Assembly: GCA_045132235.1 (NCBI GenBank)
Contig: JBGURX010000052.1
Coordinates: 17,514 to 81,513 of the forward strand
Length of the DNA: 64,000 nt
Reading direction: 5' to 3'
Source: Bacteroidales bacterium
GTDB taxonomy: Bacteria; Bacteroidota; Bacteroidia; Bacteroidales; WCHB1-69
Shown here: in pieces, positions 8,939-16,011 of the stretch
Layout: each line of letters begins with the position of its first letter
Position numbering within the stretch: position 1 is the stretch's first letter
Position numbers and translations under genes: made by a program
Notes under the pieces: model-generated
Databases searched by the model: none
Told to the model about the DNA's origin: nothing
Seen by the model: the letters and a program-made list of their open reading frames with translations, nothing else

Positions 8939-9715
8939 TTATTCGTTGGTAAAAGTGGCTTTTCTTTTGGTGAGGAAAGCGGTCATGCCCTCTTTCTGAT
9001 CCTTGGTGGCGAAGCATTGGCCGAACATTTTGTTCTCGTACGCGATGGCGGCATCGGCATCGAGGTCGTACTCGGCGTTGATGCACTGTTTCGCATATTT
9101 GACGGCGATCGGGGCCATGGCGCCGATTTTCGATGCCATCATCATGGCTTGCTCCATCAGTTCCGCTTGCGGATAGACGGCGTTCACCAGACCGATGCGC
9201 AGTGCCTCGTCGGCGCGGATGGCCTTGCCGGTGTAGATCATCTCCTTGGCGTAGCCCATTCCCACCAGCTTGGCGAGACGGTAGGTGCCGCTGAAGCCGG
9301 GGATGATGCCGAGACCGACCTCTGGCTGCCCGAACTTGGCGTTGTCGGAGCAGATGCGGATGTCGCAGGCCATGGCCAGCTCGCAGCCGCCGCCCAACGC
9401 AAAGCCGTTGACCGCCGCGATGACGGGAATGTCCAATGTTTCAATCTTGCGGAACACCTGCGCGCCGAGGCGGCCGAAGGTCTCGCCCTCTTCCGCGTTC
9501 AGGTTCTGCATTTCCGAAATGTCCGCGCCCGCCACAAACGACTTTTCGCCGTCGCCGGTGATAATCAGCACCCGCACATCGGCGTTGATGTGGCCGAGGA
9601 AATCGTCCAGCTCTTTCAGCAAGGAAGAATTCAGTGCATTCAGAGATTTTGGTGCGGAAATGGTCAGGACGCAGATACCGTTTTCCTGATTGGTTTTTAA
9701 ATAGGTATAATCCAT
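8939..9715 (-). CDS. crt: Short-chain enoyl-CoA hydratase (crotonase)
   Basis: Crotonase-fold motifs are present: VLIITGDGEKSFVAGADISEM and AAVNGFALGGGCELAMACDIRI...FGQPEVGLGIIPG. It is 258 aa and adjacent to hbd. Confidence 0.85.
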   Translation of the reverse strand: MDYTYLKTNQENGICVLTISAPKSLNALNSSLLKELDDFLGHINADVRVLIITGDGEKSFVAGADISEMQNLNAEEGETFGRLGAQVFRKIETLDIPVIAAVNGFALGGGCELAMACDIRICSDNAKFGQPEVGLGIIPGFSGTYRLAKLVGMGYAKEMIYTGKAIRADEALRIGLVNAVYPQAELMEQAMMMASKIGAMAPIAVKYAKQCINAEYDLDADAAIAYENKMFGQCFATKDQKEGMTAFLTKRKATFTNE

Positions 9716-9735
9716 TGCCTTACATTTTTTTGATG

Positions 9736-9807
9736 ATGCGGTTATGCGGTTATTCGATTATGCGGTTATGCGGTTATGCGTATCCTCGTATCCCCGTATC
9801 TTCGGTT
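9736..9807. repeat. Phased 8-bp tandem repeat, 9 units (ATGCGGTT x4, then ATTCGATT, ATGCGTAT, CCTCGTAT, CCCCGTAT, CTTCGGTT)
   Basis: Read directly from the sequence. The CG at unit positions 4-5 and the T at position 8 are invariant in all 9 units. The array fills most of the 90-bp spacer between the CoA-transferase stop (9806-9808) and the crt start (9715). Confidence 0.9.
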
Positions 9808-10465
9808 ATAACTGCATCGGTTTCAAATCGTCGGCGATGATCAATTCGGCTTCGGTGGCGGCCTTTACCTGATCGACCGTGAATTCGGGATGGATTTCCT
9901 TGAGCACGATGCCCTTGGGGGTCACTTCCATCACGCCCATCTCGGTGATGATGAGGTTGACCTGACCTTTGGCGGTGAGGGGCAGGTTGCATTTTTTGAG
10001 GATTTTCGGGTTGCCCTTCTGGGTGTGCTCCATGGCGAGGATCACGCGCTTGGCGCCGACGATAAGGTCCATGGCGCCGCCCATGCCGGGGGTGAGCTTT
10101 CCGGGGATCATCCAGTTGGCGAGGTCGCCGTTCTCGTCCACCTGCATGGCGCCGAGGATGGTGGCGTCAACGTGGCCGCCGCGGATGATGCCGAAGGAGG
10201 TGGCGGAGCTGAAGGAGGCGGCACCGGGCACTGCGGTGATGTAGCCGCCGCCGGCGTTCACCATCTCGGGATCTTCCTTGCCCTCTTCGGGAGTGGGACC
10301 CATGCCCACCATGCCGTTCTCGGTCTGCAACGTCACGGTCACGCCTTCAGGTAAGTAGTTGGGAATCATAGTCGGAATACCGATTCCGAGGTTAACGATG
10401 TCTCCATCATGGAGCTCTTTTGCAGCTCTTTTGGCAATCGTTTCGCGAATTTCTGCTTTTTCCAT
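9806..10465 (-). CDS. 3-oxoacid / acetate CoA-transferase, subunit B (beta)
   Basis: 219 aa. Motifs: MEKAEIRETIAKRAAKELHDGDIVNLGIGIPT, LQTENGMVGMGP (catalytic-Glu SENG-like motif) and GGAMDL. The length is typical of the B subunit. No A subunit is present in the window. Confidence 0.85.
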   Translation of the reverse strand: MEKAEIRETIAKRAAKELHDGDIVNLGIGIPTMIPNYLPEGVTVTLQTENGMVGMGPTPEEGKEDPEMVNAGGGYITAVPGAASFSSATSFGIIRGGHVDATILGAMQVDENGDLANWMIPGKLTPGMGGAMDLIVGAKRVILAMEHTQKGNPKILKKCNLPLTAKGQVNLIITEMGVMEVTPKGIVLKEIHPEFTVDQVKAATEAELIIADDLKPMQL

Positions 10466-10508
10466 AGTTTTTATATTTAATAGTTATGATATTTCACAAA
10501 AGCGGCTG

Positions 10509-10516
10509 CAAATTTA
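10509..10516 (-). promoter_or_regulatory. -7 promoter box (TAAATTTG on the minus strand) for the CoA-transferase-B/crt/hbd unit
   Basis: The plus strand reads CAAATTTA, 44 nt upstream of the ATG at 10465. Confidence 0.5.
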
Positions 10517-10551
10517 CACAAAATTTTGATACGAATTCCCTCTTTTTGAAA

Positions 10552-10578
10552 ATAAAAAAAGAGACCTGTTCGGTCTCT
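10552..10578 (-). terminator. Rho-independent terminator after tRNA-Val
   Basis: On the minus strand: AGAGACC-GAACA-GGTCTCT followed by TTTTTTTTATTTT, starting 6 nt after the tRNA 3' end. Confidence 0.8.
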
Positions 10579-10583
10579 TCGTG

Positions 10584-10658
10584 TGGGTCGTACTGGATTT
10601 GAACCAGTGACCTCTGCCGTGTGAAAGCAGCGCTCTGAACCAACTGAGCTAACGGCCC
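10584..10658 (-). tRNA. tRNA-Val (anticodon CAC), 75 nt, no encoded CCA
   Basis: Folded manually from the reverse complement: GGGCCGT TA GCTC AGTTGGTTCA GAGC G CTGCT TTCACAC GGCAG AGGTC ACTGG TTCAAAT CCAGT ACGACCC A. The D, anticodon and T stems all pair, and the T-loop is TTCAAAT. The acceptor stem carries one C4:A69 mismatch. Confidence 0.85.
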
Positions 10659-10670
10659 GTTTTGGAGCTG

Positions 10671-10678
10671 CAAAAATA
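10671..10678 (-). promoter_or_regulatory. -7 promoter box (TATTTTTG on the minus strand) for tRNA-Val
   Basis: The plus strand reads CAAAAATA, 13 nt upstream of the tRNA 5' end. Confidence 0.5.
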
Positions 10679-10756
10679 CAACTTTTTTTGAATGATTGTA
10701 AGAAGTATTGAAAATTTTTATAATTAATTGATTGTTATTGTTTTATAATGAATAAA

Positions 10757-10786
10757 ATAAAAAAAGAGGCACTGAAAAGCACCTCT
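10757..10786 (-). terminator. Rho-independent terminator after kamA
   Basis: On the minus strand: AGAGGTGC-TTTTCA-GTGCCTCT (8-bp stem including two G:U pairs) followed by TTTTTTTATTTT, 26 nt after the kamA stop. Confidence 0.65.
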
Positions 10787-10811
10787 TTTATGAATGATTT
10801 TTGAAAGATTA

Positions 10812-12053
10812 CTATTTGTTGTGACGTTTTTTGCGTTCGAGGTCTTGCGGCTCAAGAGCCAGATGTTCGCCACGGAGCAGGGAGGCGACACCCTCAGCAT
10901 GCGGATGCTGCTGGCATTTCTCGCAGTGGCACTCCTCTTTGTAGTCGGTAGGCTCGGTGTAGGTGGTGATAACGCCTTCGAAGTTTCTCAGAATCACCTT
11001 GTTGGGACTTTGAGAGATGACGTAGTTGGGCATCACCGGGGTCTTGCCGCCGCCGCCGGGGGCATCCACCACGAAGGTGGGAACGGCATAGCCGGAGGTG
11101 TGTCCGCGCAGGTTCTCGATGATTTCGATACCCTTGGAAACGGGCGTGCGGAAATGCTCGAGACCCATGGAGAGGTCGCACTGATAAATATAGTAAGGAC
11201 GCACACGGATTTTCACCAAGCCTTGCACGAGGGTCTTCATCACGTGCACGCAGTCGTTCACGCCGCGCAGCAGCACCGACTGGTTGCCGAGCGGGATACC
11301 GGCGTTGGCGAGCTTGGCGCAGGCCTCGGTAGCCTCGGGTGTGATTTCATTCGGGTGGTTGAAGTGGGTGTTGACCCAGATCGGATGGTATTTCTTCAGC
11401 ATGTTGCAGAGGTCGTCAGTGATACGCTGGGGGCATACGACGGGCGTGCGGGTGCCGAGACGGATGATTTCCACATGCGGGATGGCGCGCAGCCGCTGGA
11501 TGATGGACTCCAGCACTTGGTCGTTCACCATGAGGGCGTCGCCGCCGGAGAGGAGCACGTCGCGCACCTGCGGGGTGCGGGCGATGTAGTCGATGGCCTT
11601 CTGGATGCGGTCTTGCGGCATCTGGCAGTCGTGCTGGCCGGCGAAACGGCGGCGTGTGCAGTGGCGGCAGTACATCGAGCACTGGTCGGTGATGAGCAGC
11701 AGCACACGGTCGGGATAACGGTGGGTGAGGCCCGGAACCGGGGAATCCTCATCCTCGTGGAGCGGATCCAGCAGGTCGGCGGGCGACTGGTGCACCTCGG
11801 CGGCCGTCGGGATGGCCTGGCGGCGGATGGGGCAGTACGGGTCGTTCGGGTCAATCAAACTCAGGTAGTAGGGAGTGATGGCCATACGGAGCGTCTGGAG
11901 CGTCTTGCTCACGCCTTCCGCCTCCTCGGGAGTCAGCTCGATATACTGCTTCAGCTGATCAAGGTTCTCGATTCTGTGTTGCACTTGCCATTTCCAATCG
12001 TTCCATTGTTCATCGGTGACGTTCGGAAAGAGTTCTTTTCTTCTACTTGCCAT
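10812..12053 (-). CDS. kamA: Lysine 2,3-aminomutase (radical SAM, KamA family)
   Basis: 413 aa. Has the radical-SAM cluster motif CSMYCRHCTRRR, the N-terminal WQVQHRI and LTPEE signature, PIWVNTHFNHPNEIT, and a C-terminal Cys cluster (ECHCEKC). The length matches clostridial-type LAM rather than the shorter EpmB. Confidence 0.9.
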   Translation of the reverse strand: MASRRKELFPNVTDEQWNDWKWQVQHRIENLDQLKQYIELTPEEAEGVSKTLQTLRMAITPYYLSLIDPNDPYCPIRRQAIPTAAEVHQSPADLLDPLHEDEDSPVPGLTHRYPDRVLLLITDQCSMYCRHCTRRRFAGQHDCQMPQDRIQKAIDYIARTPQVRDVLLSGGDALMVNDQVLESIIQRLRAIPHVEIIRLGTRTPVVCPQRITDDLCNMLKKYHPIWVNTHFNHPNEITPEATEACAKLANAGIPLGNQSVLLRGVNDCVHVMKTLVQGLVKIRVRPYYIYQCDLSMGLEHFRTPVSKGIEIIENLRGHTSGYAVPTFVVDAPGGGGKTPVMPNYVISQSPNKVILRNFEGVITTYTEPTDYKEECHCEKCQQHPHAEGVASLLRGEHLALEPQDLERKKRHNK

Positions 12054-12099
12054 TGTGTCAATATTTTATATTATAATTTTTTAATTTCGATAGCGGCGG

Positions 12100-12107
12100 C
12101 AAAGATA
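12100..12107 (-). promoter_or_regulatory. -7 promoter box (TATCTTTG on the minus strand) for kamA
   Basis: The plus strand reads CAAAGATA, 47 nt upstream of the ATG at 12053. Confidence 0.5.
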
Positions 12108-12148
12108 CAAAAAATAATTGGGATTCCCCATCAGGAAATCCCAATTAT
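12108..12148 (-). terminator. Rho-independent terminator after the vWA-like lipoprotein gene
   Basis: Perfect 12-bp stem ATAATTGGGATT / AATCCCAATTAT with an 11-nt loop, followed on the minus strand by TTTTTTG. Confidence 0.8.
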
Positions 12149-12170
12149 TTTATGATGTTCATGCGTTTTA

Positions 12171-13298
12171 CTATTTTTTGCGCTGCGAGTCGGCCAAAAT
12201 CTGCACAAAGTTGCAGGCGGCCTCCTGTACATTCACGAAGTTGCTGCCCAGCGAGCTGCTCACATCCAGCACGAGAATGATGCCGGCGGTCTTGGTCTGC
12301 GTCTGCGTGTAGGTCTGCGATTGCGGGTTGAATTCCACATCCTGTGCGTAGGTCACACCGCCCAGTCCCAGCGACTGTTTGAACAGGCGCACGTCGTAGG
12401 TGGAGGGCACTTCGTTGTCGAGGGTTCTCAGGTTTTTGAAGGTGAACGAGAAGATGGAACCGCTGGTGTGTTGTCCGGTAATGACGGCCCCTGAAGAGGA
12501 GGTGAGACCGGTGTACTCGATGTCGCTGAGGGTGTTGTTGGCGTTCAGCGTGGCCTCGATCTTGCAGGCGGAAAGTTCCGGCGAGGCGGCCCCGTCGAAC
12601 ACGAAGGCGATGCGGTCGGTGCCGCCGCAGGTGAACGATAGCGTGACATCGGTCACCGTGGTGGTGGAAGAGATACTGTTGGCGATTTGCTCGAACTCAT
12701 GGTTCACCGAGGCGAAGTTGGCGAGCACGCGGGCTTTGTCGTCGCTGCTGGAGATGTCCTGGATGGTGGAGTTGAACACCACCGGGTCGATGGATGCACT
12801 CTGCACGCCGATGCCGAAGGCAGAAATGGAGTGCCCGTGGAAAGTGCCGTTGCGCAACCGGTTTTTCAGTGCGAGCTGGTACTCATTGCGGTTCGCATAG
12901 TGCGTGCCCCACTGGCTGTTGGAGAAATACACGGACGCGTTGTCGATACCGTCGGTGAAGTTCACCATGTGTAGGCTCGAAAGGCTGTTCGGGAACTTCG
13001 TGCGGTTGAGGGCGTTCAGCGAGCTGTCAACCGTATAGAGCAGCGCGGTGGCGTCTTCATTGTTCTGCAGGTTGCGGATCCAGTTCTGGATGAGGTCCGC
13101 CGACTGGTTGTCAATCAGGGTGTAGTCCATTTTCGACACAATGCCGTTGTTGAAAGCATAGATGGACAGGTAGATGCCGTCTTTGGTCAGCACCTGATCG
13201 TAAGGTGACGGGGTGGGATCGGGTTCGGGGTCTTTGCAACCTGACAAAACCGCTCCTAAAGAGATGATGGCGAACATCAAAAATGCGATTCTTTTCAT
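12171..13298 (-). CDS. Lipoprotein with vWA-like (MIDAS) elements in an unusual order plus a central beta-rich domain
   Basis: Lipobox (AVLSGC). The N-terminal part carries vWA-like beta2 (GIYLSIYAFNNG), the Thr region (NEDATALLYTVDSSLNAL) and the TDG strand (LHMVNFTDGIDNAS). The extreme C-terminus carries a beta1/MIDAS-like AGIILVLDVSSSLGSNFVNVQEAACNFVQIL. Confidence 0.6.
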   Translation of the reverse strand: MKRIAFLMFAIISLGAVLSGCKDPEPDPTPSPYDQVLTKDGIYLSIYAFNNGIVSKMDYTLIDNQSADLIQNWIRNLQNNEDATALLYTVDSSLNALNRTKFPNSLSSLHMVNFTDGIDNASVYFSNSQWGTHYANRNEYQLALKNRLRNGTFHGHSISAFGIGVQSASIDPVVFNSTIQDISSSDDKARVLANFASVNHEFEQIANSISSTTTVTDVTLSFTCGGTDRIAFVFDGAASPELSACKIEATLNANNTLSDIEYTGLTSSSGAVITGQHTSGSIFSFTFKNLRTLDNEVPSTYDVRLFKQSLGLGGVTYAQDVEFNPQSQTYTQTQTKTAGIILVLDVSSSLGSNFVNVQEAACNFVQILADSQRKK

Positions 13299-13328
13299 GA
13301 TGAATATGGTTAAGGTTAAACAATTGAT

Positions 13329-15005
13329 TTATTTGATATTGGGGATGAATTGGGTTTGAAATCCCGCTCCGTTTTGAAGACGTCCGGTGCATTCAAGCAC
13401 TCTTTCCTTGGCATCGGGCAACCATACTGCACGTACAGAGGTGCCTGAACTCGACAGGATGAGACCGCCGGTGATGCGCCAGCTGCATGTCTGCACCTCT
13501 TTTGTGTTGAGGGTGAAGCGCTGTCCGTCCGTCGCCTTGATCTGCACCTCTTCACTTCCAAACTCTTTATAAAAGAAATCAGTGGTCTTTTCTTGGATGA
13601 AGTAGAACTTTTCATTCGGCTGGTTGTGGTCGTCCACGTGCGGGGCGTGGCCGCAGCCCTTGAAGGTGTGCAGCTCCTCGCGGTAGCCCAATTTCTTGGC
13701 TCTTTCATGGATGGGTTTTGAACCATACATCTTGTTGAAGAAGAGATTGCTGATGTGGAGTTTGATGTCTTTGAAGGGAACCTCCGCGCCGTAAGGCACC
13801 ACCCGGTCGGCATCGCCATGGAAGGAGATGATGGAGGTCTTGGCATTGTTGATCATGTTGATGTCATGCACAGCGCCCCACATGTTGGCGATGCAGCGTA
13901 TCTTGAAGGTCTCCTTGAGTGAATTGCCGCTGGATTCGATGTCGCCCAATGCATCGGTGAGCAGGCCGCCGTCGGCCGATTCCGGACGGTTGGCATTGCG
14001 CATGAAGGCGAGGTTGAGGGTAGTGACGCCTCCCGCGCTGCTGCCTGCCACGAACAGGTAGTCAGGGTCAATGCGGTATTTATCTTTGTTGTGAATCAAA
14101 AAGCGCATGGCGGCGTGTGCATCCTGAACGGCGCAGTAGCCGCACCGTTCGATGGAGGTTTTCGCCGGCTTGAAGCCCATCCGGTAGTTGATGGAGACTG
14201 CCACATACCCCATCTTGGCGTAATGCTGGCACCATAGCACAATGGGATTGTCGCGCTTGTCACCGATGTAGAAGCCGCCGCCGTGGATGAACATCACCAA
14301 CGGCCGCTGCTTCATCGTGTCACCCTTCGGAAGATAGAGGTCCATGTACAAGTCGAAATCCTTCTTCGACAAGGTCTTGGCGATTCCAGAACTGATGATT
14401 TTGGCGTAGTCGTTCGAGGTTTCAGGCCGCGACACCCAGTATCCTTTTGCCGTGCCGTATTTCACATCGTGAATCGTCTCCACCTCAAAGCATTCCTCCT
14501 TGTACCGGTTGATTTTGTCAATGGTTTTATAGACGGGCTTTTTGTAGGAGGTGAAATAGAAAGTTCCTTCTTCGCAGTTCCCCTTGAAACCGCTGTCATC
14601 GACGGCCAGACTGAGGTCGTGCAGCACAATTTTCTCTCCCGCCAGCGTGCAGACACATTTCTTTTTCTTCAACTTGCCACTCAACTCCTTGGGCTGAAGG
14701 GTGGCATCGGAGTTGATGGTGTACAGCACGCCGCTGAAGTTTTTCTTGTGGAGTTGTTTAAAAACAACGATGCGCTCTTTCCCGTCAAACTTTCCTACAT
14801 AATAAACACCTGTTTGCAGTTCATCAGGAATGTTGTCGCTGAAAATCACGCTTTCCTGTGTGGCACTTGTCCCGTCGATGCCGCGATCGGCTGTGGCAGT
14901 GGCATTTCGGTTGCAGCTGGTCAGGCAGAAATGTCCACCAATTAACAAACCGAGCACCATGAGTGCGCAGAGGAGGGATCGGATGGATTTCTGATAACGT
15001 GTCAT
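13329..15005 (-). CDS. Lipoprotein alpha/beta-hydrolase (esterase/lipase, HGGG type) with an uncharacterised N-terminal domain
   Basis: ORF 13329..15206. I prefer the ATG at 15005 (MTRYQKSIRSLLCALMVLGLLIGGHFCLTSC lipobox), supported by a -7 box 19 nt upstream. Motifs: oxyanion PLVMFIHGGGFYIG, nucleophile elbow VAGSSAGG, and FHGDADRVVP plus a C-terminal His region. Confidence 0.75.
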   Translation of the reverse strand: MTRYQKSIRSLLCALMVLGLLIGGHFCLTSCNRNATATADRGIDGTSATQESVIFSDNIPDELQTGVYYVGKFDGKERIVVFKQLHKKNFSGVLYTINSDATLQPKELSGKLKKKKCVCTLAGEKIVLHDLSLAVDDSGFKGNCEEGTFYFTSYKKPVYKTIDKINRYKEECFEVETIHDVKYGTAKGYWVSRPETSNDYAKIISSGIAKTLSKKDFDLYMDLYLPKGDTMKQRPLVMFIHGGGFYIGDKRDNPIVLWCQHYAKMGYVAVSINYRMGFKPAKTSIERCGYCAVQDAHAAMRFLIHNKDKYRIDPDYLFVAGSSAGGVTTLNLAFMRNANRPESADGGLLTDALGDIESSGNSLKETFKIRCIANMWGAVHDINMINNAKTSIISFHGDADRVVPYGAEVPFKDIKLHISNLFFNKMYGSKPIHERAKKLGYREELHTFKGCGHAPHVDDHNQPNEKFYFIQEKTTDFFYKEFGSEEVQIKATDGQRFTLNTKEVQTCSWRITGGLILSSSGTSVRAVWLPDAKERVLECTGRLQNGAGFQTQFIPNIK

Positions 15006-15023
15006 ACTGTTAAAATGGACGTG

Positions 15024-15031
15024 CAAAGGTA
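15024..15031 (-). promoter_or_regulatory. -7 promoter box (TACCTTTG on the minus strand) for the esterase / vWA-like lipoprotein unit
   Basis: The plus strand reads CAAAGGTA, 19 nt upstream of the ATG at 15005. Confidence 0.5.
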
Positions 15032-15133
15032 CACTTTTTCTAAATGCTAACGACAAAAGCTGCAATAAATTGTAGGATTTCATAGACCATTGATGAAATT
15101 GAAGGTTTGTTGTGCCGAAAAATAAAATTATGT

Positions 15134-15141
15134 TATCTTTG
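15134..15141 (+). promoter_or_regulatory. -7 promoter box TATCTTTG for prmC
   Basis: Matches TAnnTTTG, 26 nt upstream of the ATG at 15167. Confidence 0.5.
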
Positions 15142-15166
15142 CCGCTTGAAAATTGTGATTGTTGAA

Positions 15167-16006
15167 ATGAATCGTAGGGACTTTCGGAATCTTTTTTTGG
15201 AGGCACTGACTTCGCTGTACGACTCGCATGAGCGGGAGGCGATGTTGCGTTGGTATGTACAGGACCGCTTGGGTATGCCCTACTATCGTTTTACGATGGA
15301 TTGGGATGCGGAAATGATGGATGCGGTGGACTATCGTTCGGATGTGGAACGGCTGTCGCAAGGTGAGCCGTTGCAGCATATTACGGGTTTTACAGAGTTT
15401 TGCGGTTTGCGGCTTTCTACGGATGCCCGTGCCCTCATCCCTCGTCCCGAAACGGAAGAGCTGGTGGAAACGATAGTGCGCGAGTGCGCCGAGCAACAGC
15501 CCGCCCGAATTCTCGACATCGGCACTGGATCAGGGGCCATCGCCATCGCGCTGGCTGCCCGTATGCCGCAGGCTGCTGTAACTGCTGTGGATGTCAGCGA
15601 CGATGCACTCTCCTTGGCCGCCCACAATGCCCGTGAGAACCATGTGGAGGTGGAATGGGTGAAGATGGATGTGCTGACTTGCGAAAAGCTGTCGCGCCCC
15701 TACGACATCATCGTCAGCAATCCCCCCTATATCCCGGAAAAGATGCGCGGAAGTCTGCACCGCAACGTCACGGAATACGAGCCTTCGCTGGCGCTTTTCG
15801 TGCCGGATGAAAAGCCTTTGCTTTTTTATGAAAAAATCGCCCTTCTTGCTATCTCGTCATTGCCAGCAGGAGGACGACTTTATTTTGAAACGTACGAAGA
15901 GTACCATCCTCAGCTCAAAAAGATGCTGGCGGAGATGGGATTTGCGGAGGTGGAGTGTCGTTGCGACAGCTTCGGACGTCCCCGCTTTATGAGGGCGACC
16001 CGCTGA
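15167..16006 (+). CDS. prmC: Peptide chain release factor N5-glutamine methyltransferase
   Basis: ORF 15107..16006, trimmed to MNRRDFRNLF on the basis of the promoter box. Motifs: HITGFTEFCGLRL, PRPETEELVE, SAM motif ILDIGTGSGAIAIALA and catalytic IVSNPPYI. Confidence 0.85.
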   Translation: MNRRDFRNLFLEALTSLYDSHEREAMLRWYVQDRLGMPYYRFTMDWDAEMMDAVDYRSDVERLSQGEPLQHITGFTEFCGLRLSTDARALIPRPETEELVETIVRECAEQQPARILDIGTGSGAIAIALAARMPQAAVTAVDVSDDALSLAAHNARENHVEVEWVKMDVLTCEKLSRPYDIIVSNPPYIPEKMRGSLHRNVTEYEPSLALFVPDEKPLLFYEKIALLAISSLPAGGRLYFETYEEYHPQLKKMLAEMGFAEVECRCDSFGRPRFMRATR

Positions 16007-16011
16007 CAGTT

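Noticed and set aside
9736-9807. Considered whether the tandem repeat is a CRISPR array or an integron/attC-like element
   Set aside because: The units are only 8 bp with no spacers. No cas, integrase or cassette structure is nearby. It is reported as a simple phased tandem repeat instead.
9634-9840. 68-aa ORF spanning the octamer repeat (translation contains MRLCGYSIMRLCGYAY)
   Set aside because: Its internal peptide repeat is a by-product of the 8-bp DNA repeat. The ORF overlaps the crt start and the CoA-transferase stop on the other strand.
10812-12053. Considered whether the KamA-family gene is the EF-P beta-lysylation enzyme EpmB rather than a fermentative lysine 2,3-aminomutase
   Set aside because: Its 413-aa length and C-terminal Cys-cluster extension match clostridial-type LAM, and no epmA/efp is nearby. 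The call remains provisional without phylogeny.
10794-12155. 453-aa plus-strand ORF completely overlapping kamA in antisense, and even longer than kamA
   Set aside because: The opposite strand encodes an unmistakable lysine 2,3-aminomutase. The antisense product is low-complexity (G/V/A/H/D/L-rich), has no promoter box, and fits the stop-codon-poor antisense frame expected opposite GC3-rich genes.
15006-15206. N-terminal extensions suggested by the ORF track. They affect the esterase (to 15206), porP (to 1578), the 1161-aa gene (to 5418), the TPR-like gene (to 45966), the flavin reductase (to 57083), the lipoprotein (to 60539), ftsY (from 60543), prmC (from 15107) and the RND pump (to 56294).
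   Set aside because: Internal ATGs give canonical signal peptides, lipoboxes or family-typical N-termini and sit 19-50 nt downstream of TAnnTTTG boxes. Several of the longer ORFs start at GTG or run through the promoter box or the divergent neighbour.
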